Part shown: piece after piece, positions 34,211 through 44,299 of the stretch | Position numbering within the stretch: the first letter of the stretch is position 1 | How the letters are laid out: every line of letters begins with the position of its first letter | IMG/VR virus record: IMGVR_UViG_3300045988_183078 | Length of the DNA stretch: 64,000 bases | Origin: a virus | Reading direction: 5' to 3' (one strand) | Notes under the pieces: model-generated | What the model was told of the DNA's origin: nothing | The model's input: only the letters and a program-made list of their open reading frames with translations | Database searches by the model: none | Made by a program: the position numbers and the translations under genes

Positions 34211-34624
34211 ATGCAAACCTCAATGCAGAGACTGTGTCTTTCAAACGAGCAGATTGAACGGCTTCAAGCTATCATAGAGTCAAAGCAAAACTGCAAGTGC
34301 CAGGCGGATGTATCGTTTGGCACTGTATGGATTACATCGGATGATGAACTCAATGAGCTGCGAGTCTCTTTTCTGGGTGATTTCGAGCTTGTCGTGTCCC
34401 GCGTTGGCTTTACTCATAAGCGTCGTGGTACGATGACTTCTGTTCTGGAAGAACTGAAGAAGATATGCACCGAGGTCGGCGTTCCCAGGATTGTGATACA
34501 GTCTGTTCTGACACCTGAGATGCAGGCATTCTGCCAGGCGCATCATATTGAGCCTGACAAGAACACAACCATGCAGGTTGGTGATGTCTTGGTAGGCGAC
34601 TATTATCTTATGCTGGATACCTGA
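34211..34624 (+). CDS. hypothetical protein (137 aa)
   Basis: GAGAGGAA RBS. Convergent with 34631-35020. Confidence 0.5.
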   Translation: MQTSMQRLCLSNEQIERLQAIIESKQNCKCQADVSFGTVWITSDDELNELRVSFLGDFELVVSRVGFTHKRRGTMTSVLEELKKICTEVGVPRIVIQSVLTPEMQAFCQAHHIEPDKNTTMQVGDVLVGDYYLMLDT

Positions 34625-34630
34625 ACCTTT

Positions 34631-35020
34631 TCAGCATTCGAGAACTTCCGGGTCTCCATCGAAATTCTCTCCCCTGTCGAGGCGCTGCCCCACAGAGAAG
34701 TTGATGACAAGGGGGTCCTTGTCATATTCAGAATAGTCGAAGTCTTCCCTCTCACCGTCACTCAACGCTGGGTCATACTCAATTGTTGCGAGCCAAGCAT
34801 CGAACGGCATTTCATCATGGGTTGCGATGTATTTGGCGTACTGCCCAAACAGTTCGCAGCATCTGGGCCACGGCAGAGGATTGTCAAGATAAAACTCAAG
34901 CTGCCAGTCCTCATACGGAGTCAGGTCGTTCACGCCGTAACGCTGGAGCCCCTTGAGTGCTTCCTGGCCTTCCTTGCTGGTAAAGAGATAATCGTATCCG
35001 TTCATGTTCATTTCCGTCAT
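34631..35020 (-). CDS. acidic hypothetical protein (129 aa)
   Basis: AAAGGA RBS. Confidence 0.5.
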   Translation of the reverse strand: MTEMNMNGYDYLFTSKEGQEALKGLQRYGVNDLTPYEDWQLEFYLDNPLPWPRCCELFGQYAKYIATHDEMPFDAWLATIEYDPALSDGEREDFDYSEYDKDPLVINFSVGQRLDRGENFDGDPEVLEC

Positions 35021-35179
35021 CTTTTACAGGTCCTTTCTTTGTTTGTGTTTCTTCCAAGTTCGTGGTGGTCGGCCGAGTCCCTGCCTCCTTTCTTTGTGGG
35101 GTCACTCTATAAAGAGATATTTTCTATAAAAATGTAAACCGCTATATACAAAAAGCCTCCAAAATTCTGGCGGCTGCTG

Positions 35180-35704
35180 TTATTTGTGATGGAGAGGTGC
35201 TGCTCCGAGTAATGCTGTCACATCAAACGACGATGCGTTATAGACTGTCAGCTGTTTCTCAAGCGCGTATTTCACAGTATAAGCTGTGCCGCCTGTCTGC
35301 TTCGTGCAGTAAGAAATGCAATAGTCTGAGCAATCGACCAGATGCCTGTCACGGGTCAAGTAAGCACTCTTGCTCGGCTCTTTACTGACATAGACGATTT
35401 TGTCCATCTTTTTGTCTAAGTTCTTAGCATGGAGCTGCTGTTCTGGAGTCCATCGGTCGCGGTAGCCTTCAAAAGGAAGCACCTCGATGATGCGCAGGCG
35501 GCCGTTTTCTTTCTTCAGCTCAATGAGCATCTCCGCTACGAGGGTATCGAATCCTAAAGCACCGCCTACTCCATAGTAGATAATTCCGCTCTGGATGAGT
35601 GGGATAAGCCGATGCCTTACTCTGGTTAGAATCTTTGTCTGCTCTCCCGGTGGGATGTTTCGATGCCCCGTAAAGCAGCATGTTTGCTTCTTAAATTTTC
35701 CCAT
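35180..35704 (-). CDS. SLOG-superfamily protein, YpsA-like (DUF1273-like)
   Basis: N-terminal CCFTGHR signature of the YpsA/DUF1273 family. 174 aa. Confidence 0.65.
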   Translation of the reverse strand: MGKFKKQTCCFTGHRNIPPGEQTKILTRVRHRLIPLIQSGIIYYGVGGALGFDTLVAEMLIELKKENGRLRIIEVLPFEGYRDRWTPEQQLHAKNLDKKMDKIVYVSKEPSKSAYLTRDRHLVDCSDYCISYCTKQTGGTAYTVKYALEKQLTVYNASSFDVTALLGAAPLHHK

Positions 35705-35775
35705 ACCGACTCCTTTCTGTCAATTGGACAATTTGTCATCTTTTGTCAATTTCGCTCACAAATAAAGTGACGATA

Positions 35776-35803
35776 TTGACGAATTAGCGCAATTCCGTAT
35801 AAT
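35776..35803 (+). promoter_or_regulatory. promoter P11 (TTGACG-16-TATAAT) on the plus strand, spacer aattaGCGCAATTCCG (same core in opposite orientation)
   Basis: Drives the BlaI-like regulator gene. Confidence 0.6.
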
Positions 35804-35846
35804 TGAAATCAGCATTACAGAATAGCAATGAAAGTTGGTGTTTTCT

Positions 35847-36230
35847 ATGGCAGCTTCCAGCCATGCGCCCCGTCCGTATCATCTGACTCCCGCAGAGGAA
35901 ACCGTTATGAAAGCTTTCTGGAACAGCAAAAAGCCGCTGTGCCAGCAGGATATCCTTGACCATGTGAAAGAGAATGGTGACCTGTTCTGGAAAGAGCGTT
36001 CCATCTTCGCCATCATCAATTCCTTGATGAAGAAAGGCTGTATTAAGGAAGATGGTATGGTTCGCGCAGGTAAGACCTATGCGAGAACCTTTGTCGCAGC
36101 TATGAGCCGTCCGGAGTTCTACGCCGCTATGGTTACAAACGCTCTGACAAAGAAGGAACTGGTCGAGTTCCGCCGCGCTATGCGTCATTTGGCGAGTGAA
36201 GACACTGAGTCTCCTGACGAGGAGGCTTGA
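35847..36230 (+). CDS. BlaI/MecI/CopY-family winged-helix transcriptional repressor
   Basis: LTPAEETVMKAFW...ILDHVKE...WKERSIFAIINSLMKKGCI matches the penicillinase-repressor family N-terminal wHTH. Start choice uncertain (ATG 35847, no clear SD). Confidence 0.7.
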   Translation: MAASSHAPRPYHLTPAEETVMKAFWNSKKPLCQQDILDHVKENGDLFWKERSIFAIINSLMKKGCIKEDGMVRAGKTYARTFVAAMSRPEFYAAMVTNALTKKELVEFRRAMRHLASEDTESPDEEA

Positions 36231-36251
36231 CCTCATTTGGAGGTGATTCTT

Positions 36252-36545
36252 GTGTCAAATGCACGAATGCTGGGTGCTTATATCAGGCAGAAAATGGAAG
36301 AGCGGAATGTTTCAGTGTCCTCTGTTGCTTCCCTGCTCGGATGCCAGGAAGTCGAGGCAGAAAGGTTTTTATGCGGCCGTGTACTTGCGACGTATCCGCA
36401 GATGAAGCAGATTGCTGAGTATCTTGGCTTATCTGTGCATGAACTCCTGCGGAACGCCTCTCAACTTGAGGAGGATACCCCTAAAAAGAAAGTGCTCGAC
36501 ATCATCTGGGATTACATGGATGTCAGAGACGCGGTATTATGTTAA
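36252..36545 (+). CDS. XRE-family HTH transcriptional regulator
   Basis: LGAYIRQKMEERNVSVSSVASLLGCQEVEAERFLCGR = HTH_3 pattern. GGAGGTGA RBS before a GTG start. Confidence 0.65.
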   Translation: MSNARMLGAYIRQKMEERNVSVSSVASLLGCQEVEAERFLCGRVLATYPQMKQIAEYLGLSVHELLRNASQLEEDTPKKKVLDIIWDYMDVRDAVLC

Positions 36546-36567
36546 CCACACGCCACGGTGGTGGGCC

Positions 36568-36840
36568 TTAACAAGGGTCTGCTGCTGTGGCGCTTTTTCG
36601 TGCTTCCACGAACCATTTATCTACTTCATAATAGAGATATGTGCTGGCTCTGCCAATCTGGCATGTATAGCGTACTCCCACGCCGCCGGTTTTAGAGTAT
36701 TTGCGCGGCATCACCTCCGAAATGTTTGTGATGTCGAAGCGTTGGCCCGTATCCCAGATAACGGTCTGTGGTATGAGCGTTCCGTCCGGCTGAAAGTCAG
36801 CGATGACCTCAACATATTTCTTGATTCTCTGTTCTGGCAT
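36568..36840 (-). CDS. hypothetical protein (90 aa) immediately downstream of the Y-family polymerase
   Basis: ORF. Possible polymerase accessory factor (speculative). Confidence 0.45.
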   Translation of the reverse strand: MPEQRIKKYVEVIADFQPDGTLIPQTVIWDTGQRFDITNISEVMPRKYSKTGGVGVRYTCQIGRASTYLYYEVDKWFVEARKSATAADPC

Positions 36841-36843
36841 GGA

Positions 36844-38112
36844 TTATATGCTCCCTTGTAAGTATCCGTGTGGGTGAATCGTATGGTCTGCCCTCGCGTC
36901 GCAATGTGAGAGGAGTCGGTCCTTATACATCACGGCTCGCTGCACGGAATAGTATCCAAATCTATTTCGGACACCATCAATGGCAGATTCTAAGCGTTCC
37001 ATCTCTTCTTGCTTTTCGGCACTGAAGTCGAACGAGATTTGGCAAGGCTCCGTATCCGGCTGTAGGTCTATGGCCCGCACGCCAATGGAACGAAGATGCT
37101 CGCTCCAATGATAGTGCTTTTTATATAACGTGAACGCGGCGGTCGCTATCTCTTGCTCTTGCATCGTCGGCAGGGACAGCTTCATCTGGCGCTCGAAGCT
37201 GAATAGGTTGGAGTCCCTCAAACTCACCTCCACGCCTCGGCATCGGAAATGGCTCTCTCGGAGGCGTGCCGCGACACTCTCTGCGAGCAGGTAAAGCACT
37301 ATCCAAACATCCTGGTCGGTCTTTAAGTCCCGTGGTGTCGTCCAGCTATTTCCGATGCTCTTGATGGGAGCAAGCACCTCCCGCTGCTCGTACTTCGCCA
37401 CCGGGTCAGAATCCAGGCCGTTGGCAAACCTCCAGAGCAAGAGTCCTACCTTGCCGAGCTTCTCCTGCAAGAACTGAGGTCTGGTCTTCGCCAAGTCTCC
37501 AATGGTATGTATGGCATAGTTATCTAACTTGGCTGCCGTTTTCTTTCCTACATATAGCAAATCCGAAGCAGGCAGTGGGAAAACTATCTTCTCGAAGTTC
37601 TGCCTATTGATGACCGTAATGGCATCCGGCTTTTTATAGTCCGAGCCGAGCTTTGCCATCGTCTTATTCCAACTGACTCCGACCGAACATGTGATACCGA
37701 GTTCGTCCTTGACGGTGTCGGAAATTTTCTTTGCTATCTCCTCACCTGTCCCAAAGAGAAACTGACTCGCGGTACAATCGAGCCAGGCCTCGTCCAAACC
37801 AAACGGTTCGACTTGGTCGGTGTAGCGAAGGAAGATTTCTCTTGTGTAGTCGCTGAATCGGGTGTATAGGTCATAGTGAGCCGGAACAAAGGTGATGTCT
37901 CTGCAATGCTGCTGCGCCTCCCAAAGCGGCATACCGGTTTTTACCCCCATCCGCTTGGCCGGATACGAAGCTGTCAATACGATGCCGCTCCGTCGCTCTG
38001 GGTCACCGCATACTGCAATCGGCTTGTCCCGCAATTCGGGATGGTAGGCCATCTCGCAGCTGGCATAGAAACAGTTCATATCGCAATGAAGGATGGCTCG
38101 CTCTTTTGCCAT
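36844..38112 (-). CDS. Y-family translesion DNA polymerase (UmuC/DinB/ImpB family)
   Basis: ILHCDMNCFYASCEMAYHPELRDKPIAVCG...EPFGLDEAWLD is the conserved Y-family N-terminal palm. GAGGTTG RBS. Confidence 0.85.
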   Translation of the reverse strand: MAKERAILHCDMNCFYASCEMAYHPELRDKPIAVCGDPERRSGIVLTASYPAKRMGVKTGMPLWEAQQHCRDITFVPAHYDLYTRFSDYTREIFLRYTDQVEPFGLDEAWLDCTASQFLFGTGEEIAKKISDTVKDELGITCSVGVSWNKTMAKLGSDYKKPDAITVINRQNFEKIVFPLPASDLLYVGKKTAAKLDNYAIHTIGDLAKTRPQFLQEKLGKVGLLLWRFANGLDSDPVAKYEQREVLAPIKSIGNSWTTPRDLKTDQDVWIVLYLLAESVAARLRESHFRCRGVEVSLRDSNLFSFERQMKLSLPTMQEQEIATAAFTLYKKHYHWSEHLRSIGVRAIDLQPDTEPCQISFDFSAEKQEEMERLESAIDGVRNRFGYYSVQRAVMYKDRLLSHCDARADHTIHPHGYLQGSI

Positions 38113-38307
38113 AATATACAACCTCAATTCGTACAGATGGTTCCTAATTCGCATATAACAACCGACTGTTGTTATTATAGCCTATCAAGTGGTGGGATGC
38201 AAGGGGTATGGAAGAATTTGCCGTTTGCAATCCCATTAGTTACTCTACAACTGTGGAAGACCTTGACAAAAGAAAGAGAGGAGCTTGTTTGGCTCCCCTC
38301 TTTTACT

Positions 38308-40017
38308 TTATTCTGTGATATTCAGTTTTTTGAGTTCCTCGTATACGCTCTGCTCTACAAGGTTCAGCGATGTGACGTCACGGATATAGCCTACCGGAAC
38401 ACCTTTTCGTCCGGCGAGGTCTTTGATTGGCGTATACTCTTTATGGCCCATGCTGTCAGTCTTGAAGAGTACGGCGGCCGCACCGTCCAATTGCCTATCG
38501 GCCGTCATCGCCTTATCTTTCTCGACGACAGCAGCATCTTGGTATTTCTGAGCAAATTTGCCCATGATGTTTGGATGCCCACCAACGAAGACGATTTTCT
38601 TGGCCGAGAAGATTTTTGAAAGTTCCTCCTCATAGTTGATGTTTGGTTCCGCCGGGGCAGCCTCTACTCTTTCTTCGGTCGGTTGAGCTGGAAGCTGCTG
38701 ACGCAGCCTGGCGTTCTCTTCCCGCAGGGCTTTGAGTTGTTCCTCAAGGTCCGTGATGTGCTTTTGCTGGGACTCGACCTTGGATTGGATGCCTGCATAG
38801 CGATTCCTGGCATCCTCGGCCGCACGCTCTGCCGCATCGGCGCGGACCTTGTATTCCTTCAGAGACTCTTTCTGCTGTTTCAGCAGCTCACCGTCCCGTT
38901 CCATCTGTCGCTTGCACTTCTTCAGTTCATTGTTTAGGCGGGTCCCCTGCGGATTGAAGAAGTAGTCCTGTAATCCTTCCAGCACAGTTTTCTTCGTTTG
39001 CTCGCAAAGCATCGTATAGTAAGTAGCATTAAAGAGTGCAGTACGGAATATTTTCACTTTCTCTTTTGCTATCTGTATGGTTTCGTCATCGTAAGCAGAT
39101 TCGTTTTCTGCGTCAATCGCTTCCCATACCTTCTCAAGCGGTGCATCTACTTTATCGATACCGGCAGCCGTATAAGCAGCGACTGCCATGTGCATCAGCA
39201 TTTCCTTGGACAGCACCTGCTTATCCATTCTTTGCTGGTTCATTACGCCACTGGCCGTGAGTGTCGCGATAAGAGGCATCTGGAGAGCGTTTTCTTCATC
39301 GCGCTCTATACCTGTTTTCCGGCGCATCGTATTGGAGTCGTTAATCCAGGTGGCACCGAAGCTTTTAGCAGCAAATCGCGGCCGTACTATGGTTCGATAC
39401 AAATAGTCGTAGCGTTCCATGTAGCGAACCTTGGCAGTGGTATTGATATTACCCAACAGCATCATCGCCAAGAGTGCATTGGTGTAGATGTCATTGCTGC
39501 AAGAATCGAAATTCTTGTATCGCGGTGCATATACCGCAAAGAAGGCTCTGGATGGCGGATTCAGTTTATGTTCTGTAAAAGCGTCATACGCTATGGTTTG
39601 CTTGCTCTTGTCGTCATCAGGGGTTGACTCTATCTTACTGTATACTGCTTCGAGCGCCTTCTCGTTAATCGCAGGCAATTTTTCTTTCTTCGTGTTTTTC
39701 AGATAGGTTGATAGGAGGTCTTCGGTAAGCTGTGGCTTATCATCTTCGTCACTGCTTAGAATACATGCCAGGCATAGGACTGCGTTGCGGCTCTGCACTG
39801 TATCTAAGCCTAATATGTATTGGAGCGGTTTCTCTCCGTGGCAGATTGCTTTGATATGCTTATCTACCTTATCCTGATGCTCACTGTAGTATTTGCCGGA
39901 CAACTCTATGCACGCTTTGCTTCGGCTCGCAAATAGCGCCATGCGTTCGGCGTACTTATCGTACAATGCGCCCACTGTCATGGTCTCCGGGATGTTGTTC
40001 TTTGCCACGTCATTCAC
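38308..40017 (-). CDS. large hypothetical protein (569 aa) with central coiled-coil and C-terminal VFVGGHP domain shared with 41606-43753
   Basis: C-terminus KIVFVGGHPNIMGKF... parallels HIVFGGHPSWLKAIRP... of the paralog. Confidence 0.55.
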   Translation of the reverse strand: MNDVAKNNIPETMTVGALYDKYAERMALFASRSKACIELSGKYYSEHQDKVDKHIKAICHGEKPLQYILGLDTVQSRNAVLCLACILSSDEDDKPQLTEDLLSTYLKNTKKEKLPAINEKALEAVYSKIESTPDDDKSKQTIAYDAFTEHKLNPPSRAFFAVYAPRYKNFDSCSNDIYTNALLAMMLLGNINTTAKVRYMERYDYLYRTIVRPRFAAKSFGATWINDSNTMRRKTGIERDEENALQMPLIATLTASGVMNQQRMDKQVLSKEMLMHMAVAAYTAAGIDKVDAPLEKVWEAIDAENESAYDDETIQIAKEKVKIFRTALFNATYYTMLCEQTKKTVLEGLQDYFFNPQGTRLNNELKKCKRQMERDGELLKQQKESLKEYKVRADAAERAAEDARNRYAGIQSKVESQQKHITDLEEQLKALREENARLRQQLPAQPTEERVEAAPAEPNINYEEELSKIFSAKKIVFVGGHPNIMGKFAQKYQDAAVVEKDKAMTADRQLDGAAAVLFKTDSMGHKEYTPIKDLAGRKGVPVGYIRDVTSLNLVEQSVYEELKKLNITE

Positions 40018-40093
40018 TCCTTTTCTATCTGTATTATATCAATCACGGTATCAACAACCAATGTTGGCGGCAAGAATGTTACAGATTCTTCAG

Positions 40094-40543
40094 TTATTCT
40101 TTGATAAACGCCCATAAGTTAGGCAATTGAAGTATCGTGCGGAGGTAATCTGAAAGCTCTTTGTTCTGGTCAAGACCTATACGGCCACGGAAGAGATATT
40201 GTTCCCCCATATCGTTTGTCAGGGTCAGATACCAGCGGTCGGTGTGTTGCGCTTCATCTGTTTGCAGGAGCATCGGCAAATGATGTTTTACTTTCGCGAG
40301 CACGGAATGTATTGTATCGGCCGGTAGATGATGGATGGTGTAGTGGTCCCGGACTGGTTCATCCCCATCCAGATATTCGAGCTGTTCGAGATATACATGA
40401 CCTCCCTGTTCTGCCACAATGAGCCGCTGCTCTGATTCTTTGTTCGGTTCTGCATCGAGACTTAGTTTCGTACAGGTGGTACGAAGCTGCAATCTGATGA
40501 TGTTTCCCTCGAACTGCTTCGAGTTATGGTCTGTAAGTGCCAT
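40094..40543 (-). CDS. hypothetical protein (149 aa)
   Basis: ORF. Confidence 0.5.
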   Translation of the reverse strand: MALTDHNSKQFEGNIIRLQLRTTCTKLSLDAEPNKESEQRLIVAEQGGHVYLEQLEYLDGDEPVRDHYTIHHLPADTIHSVLAKVKHHLPMLLQTDEAQHTDRWYLTLTNDMGEQYLFRGRIGLDQNKELSDYLRTILQLPNLWAFIKE

Positions 40544-40654
40544 GAAGATGCCTCTTTCTGAGTACGATGTGTCTCTGTATAGTTTATCGCCCTATGCACA
40601 ACTCGTTTTCATTTTCCGCATGACGATGTTTGTATTTATAGCACGTAGCGTGCT

Positions 40655-41461
40655 TTATGGTTTGCGGCTCTCAAGGTTTTCCTTCTCACGCTGATAAGCA
40701 GAATCAAACTCTCTTTGTTTCTTCTCTCTCATAACATCTGAAAAGAGAATCAAGTTCTTGCGTTGCCCCATCTGTTCGTCGTCTTGGAAGCCCTCAAAGG
40801 TCAGTTTGCAGTCGAGGGCCATCTCTAAGCTGACGATACGGGAATAGTCCTTATTGAGTGGAAGCTCGTGCTCTTCGTCATCCAAAAGCAGGATACTATA
40901 GAGCCATCTGGCTGGTCCTTCGATAAAGTCAAGGTCAATCTTTGTGTCGAACAGTTCTTCGCCTGGGAACAGCGGAGATTCAACTCTTGGGTATTCTTCA
41001 TCAAAGCCGAAATTATAAATCAGCTCACAGTAAGGTGATGCGGGTGTTATCGTGCAGCGGTATTTTTCAGTCGGAAAGGCAATGCACTGTGTTAAGGTGT
41101 AGGCAAATGGCCCAGCGCTGCGAGTTGCAAGGTTGAAGTATTCGACCCAAGCGTTCTGGTTCGTTGTCAGATAGGTAGAGGTAGCTTCCTGTATGAGCTT
41201 TATGGCCTCTGTGCGATTTGTATACAGGAGGTCCCCTTCCGGCGTGTCTCTGCCATTCTCCATCTGGAACCCATCAACTTCGTCATACAAGGTCTTGACT
41301 TTGCTTGTTTTGATTTCGAGGCGCGAAAAGCCAAAGGCTCCATCATAGTGCAGAAAGCTGTACTTCCGTGTGTCGATATAAAGTGTTCCTTTGATGATAA
41401 ACTCTGTGTCATAGAAGCCTATATGGTGGTAGCCGGAAACTTCCGTACGGATGATACTCAT
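40655..41461 (-). CDS. hypothetical protein (268 aa)
   Basis: ORF. Confidence 0.5.
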   Translation of the reverse strand: MSIIRTEVSGYHHIGFYDTEFIIKGTLYIDTRKYSFLHYDGAFGFSRLEIKTSKVKTLYDEVDGFQMENGRDTPEGDLLYTNRTEAIKLIQEATSTYLTTNQNAWVEYFNLATRSAGPFAYTLTQCIAFPTEKYRCTITPASPYCELIYNFGFDEEYPRVESPLFPGEELFDTKIDLDFIEGPARWLYSILLLDDEEHELPLNKDYSRIVSLEMALDCKLTFEGFQDDEQMGQRKNLILFSDVMREKKQREFDSAYQREKENLESRKP

Positions 41462-41535
41462 ACCAATACCCTCTTTTGATTTTTAGGAAACAGAGATTTT
41501 TTCAGAGAAAATTTTCAAAATTGCGAAAGCGGCTT

Positions 41536-41563
41536 GTAGCAAAGATTTAGCAAGTATTAGCAA
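41536..41563. repeat. three TAGCAA(G) direct repeats at about 10-11 bp phasing (iteron/regulator-site-like)
   Basis: Seen directly in the AT-rich 145-nt intergenic region upstream of 40655-41461. Confidence 0.35.
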
Positions 41564-41605
41564 GTTCGTAGATAGTTTGTTCTGAACTGAAGCAAGTAAC
41601 GGCTT

Positions 41606-43753
41606 TTATTGTTGCTGGTCCGCATTGACTACCTGCTCTGCGCATTTTGCAGCGGAGGCGGAAGTGAAATAACGCAGCGGGATGTTCTTGCTGCGGACAA
41701 TGTCGATGATTTTGTAGAAAGCCTTATGGGAGAGGTAGTTGGTTTGCAGCCATACGATGTCCGCACCTTTGATTTGTTCAGTGCTCGGAACTCCATCCAC
41801 GAATTTCACATCCGGCACCATCGGCCGTATTGCCTTCAGCCAGGAAGGATGTCCGCCAAAGACGATGTGCTTCATGGTGGTGTGGTACGGAAACTCTATC
41901 TGCGTCTTGGTATCTTCCCTGGCGGCAGAGTCTGCGTCATTGGTCAGCGCAAACACAAGCTCACGAAGGTCGTTCAGCTCTTGCTTTTCTTTCTCGTGTT
42001 CTGCAGAAGCCTTCTCTATGGCAGTAGTTAGTTCACTGATTGTCTTTTCGGCTTTATAGAGTCCCTGCTTATTCTTTTCATCCTTATTCTTGAGCTTCTC
42101 AATCTCTGCTTCATACGCATCGCATTTGGCACGTAGAGCATCACACTCATCTTTTGCGTCGTTGGGAAAATCGATGCGGCCTTTTAGGTTGGACAGTAGA
42201 GATATGTATGCGGCGTATACAGCTCTACCTTCTGGCGCTGTCACACCCAAATCGGCAAGTGTTGCTTCTATCGGGTCTGCGCTGGCTGTGTTACGTGGAA
42301 CGAGGACTCCATCGGTATAGGTGTATACGGCGGCCGCTGGGGTCATACGCACGGGAGTCTTTGCGTCTGCACCTTCTTGTTGTACCAAGGACATCGTATT
42401 CCAGCAGATTGGCACAACACTACTATCGCTTGTTAGGTTGTCTTCCATCAGATGGAGCTTGGCTGTATTGGCATCAATATAGAAAGCGGTTTGACCTGTT
42501 GCATCCACGCATTGTTTGACTGCTCCTCCACACCACGGTAGTTGTGCCGCTGCGTGGGAGAGAAGCACACAGGATGGATAGTAAAGCCACGGAAGGTTAT
42601 CGCCGTTATCTATCATGTAATAGAATGCGAAGCATACTGCATACGGGTCCATGACTTCAAACTTCACCGCACGTTTTGCTACGGCCGTCGAGTATTTCTT
42701 TGTCCATGTTTCTTCTGTCCAATAGGCGCATTCGGCACTATCATAAGCAAAGTCTCTTTCCAACTCGTTGAGCTTTTGGAGCTTGGTTTGCATTGCCTCT
42801 AACTTTGCAACGATAGTTTCTCCGCGTTCTGCAATAGAATGGAGCCCGATGGTCATTTCGGCTTTCGCGCCGACTCCAGGCATATTATTTTTAGCAAGCG
42901 GCATGGCTTTTGCCTTGACCATAGAATGCGTCTTTTTGGAAAAAGCATTTGCCTCGTCACTCACTTTATTAAGCTCATCATCAAGGCGATGGATTTCATC
43001 CAGGCATTTCTTTTCTTCCTTGACCCACTTAGAGCGGCAGCAAAAATAACGGCTTATGGCTCCCTTTACCTGTATGGCATACATATTTACAGCATTATCG
43101 ACCTTATCTTCTGGGAGCAAGCCAACAATGGCATCAAACGCATTTCTGGACGGTACATTCTGATGCTGCTTACCCGCAACGGTATAGCTGTCTGTAACAG
43201 GATACTTGAGCGGAGGCTTCTCCGGGTTGTAGATGCCGACACAATCCTCGTTTCGATGCAGGATGACATAAACCATACTGCGAATTACGGCTTCACTATA
43301 ACAAGGCGATACACAAGACGGTAGTTCGATAGACGCGAGCTTTTCCTCGTCCTTTGGCAGCAAAGCGATGGCATCATCCATCTTGTGGTTTGCTCTGATT
43401 GAATCCAGCATCCAGATGGCCGCAGCGAGCGAGTAATTGAACTGCCGCTCGCCTATGTTGAACGGAGGTGTCATCACCATATTCAGGCGGACCCATTCGG
43501 CCTCGTATCGCACCTCAAGGTCCTCTGGTACATATTCTTTGGCAATAGCTACTGCCATGTCTCGTGTTTCAGCAATAGCTTCCACTCGCCGGTCTATTGT
43601 TTTGTTGTCGATGTCAAACTCAAAGGCAAGGGATGGGTCCTTCTCAATCTCACCGCCGAATCCAGCTATGTTCTTCAGTACCGCTTGTTTGCATCGTTCT
43701 TTGAAGCTGCCAGTTGGTTTCTTGCTATTGCGTCTTGCCTTGCTTTTGCCCAT
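41606..43753 (-). CDS. large hypothetical protein (715 aa), coiled-coil plus C-terminal GGHP domain (paralogous C-terminus to 38308-40017)
   Basis: AAAGGAGAA RBS at MGKSKARR. Confidence 0.55.
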   Translation of the reverse strand: MGKSKARRNSKKPTGSFKERCKQAVLKNIAGFGGEIEKDPSLAFEFDIDNKTIDRRVEAIAETRDMAVAIAKEYVPEDLEVRYEAEWVRLNMVMTPPFNIGERQFNYSLAAAIWMLDSIRANHKMDDAIALLPKDEEKLASIELPSCVSPCYSEAVIRSMVYVILHRNEDCVGIYNPEKPPLKYPVTDSYTVAGKQHQNVPSRNAFDAIVGLLPEDKVDNAVNMYAIQVKGAISRYFCCRSKWVKEEKKCLDEIHRLDDELNKVSDEANAFSKKTHSMVKAKAMPLAKNNMPGVGAKAEMTIGLHSIAERGETIVAKLEAMQTKLQKLNELERDFAYDSAECAYWTEETWTKKYSTAVAKRAVKFEVMDPYAVCFAFYYMIDNGDNLPWLYYPSCVLLSHAAAQLPWCGGAVKQCVDATGQTAFYIDANTAKLHLMEDNLTSDSSVVPICWNTMSLVQQEGADAKTPVRMTPAAAVYTYTDGVLVPRNTASADPIEATLADLGVTAPEGRAVYAAYISLLSNLKGRIDFPNDAKDECDALRAKCDAYEAEIEKLKNKDEKNKQGLYKAEKTISELTTAIEKASAEHEKEKQELNDLRELVFALTNDADSAAREDTKTQIEFPYHTTMKHIVFGGHPSWLKAIRPMVPDVKFVDGVPSTEQIKGADIVWLQTNYLSHKAFYKIIDIVRSKNIPLRYFTSASAAKCAEQVVNADQQQ

Positions 43754-44088
43754 CGTGTTCTCCTTTGTCTGGGTTGCGCCAGATTTCTCTAATATAACAT
43801 TATACGACATGTTGCGGTATTTATCAATCACCACGCTTTTCCGTGTACGGCAAGCTTCACATTTTCCCGACGAGTTTTTGCTGATTCCGGCACTTTTTGC
43901 AGCGAGTTTTGTTCTGCGGCTCGGGATTCATGTGAGCACTGCGCTCTGCACCCATATAGAGCATCTCACTATCTGTTTCTTGGCAGACTGTTCTGATGCG
44001 AGAGCTGGCATGGCTTGCCCGCCATGAAGCGTGTGCCGGTTGTACTGGACCATGCCCCCTTGCCGTGGTTCATCCAGCACAAAGAAAA

Positions 44089-44148
44089 CTTACACGCCGT
44101 GCAACAGGATTCGCCTATAGCTTACACGCGTGTAACTATTCGTGTAAG
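44089..44148. promoter_or_regulatory. cluster of CTTACACG / CGTGTAAG repeats including perfect 14-bp palindrome TTACACGCGTGTAA (operator-like) in a 465-nt intergenic region
   Basis: Seen directly upstream of the phosphoesterase operon. Confidence 0.4.
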
Positions 44149-44299
44149 TCACAGCATTATTATTCCCTTTGGTTTCCCTTCACAGCGCCACAAAGCTGCC
44201 TGCTACGAGGTTCTGAGCGTTTAGTCAGACATTCTTCCCGTGCAACAAGAAAAGCACGCCACAGAAGCCCGTAGGCCCCTATGACGTGCGTATCGTTAT

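Noticed and set aside
38130-38165. LexA (Cheo-box) operator upstream of the Y-family polymerase
   Set aside because: The sequence has GAAC...TGTAC but not a GAAC-N4-GTTC dyad. It only partially carries the family spacer motif. Regulation is unresolved.
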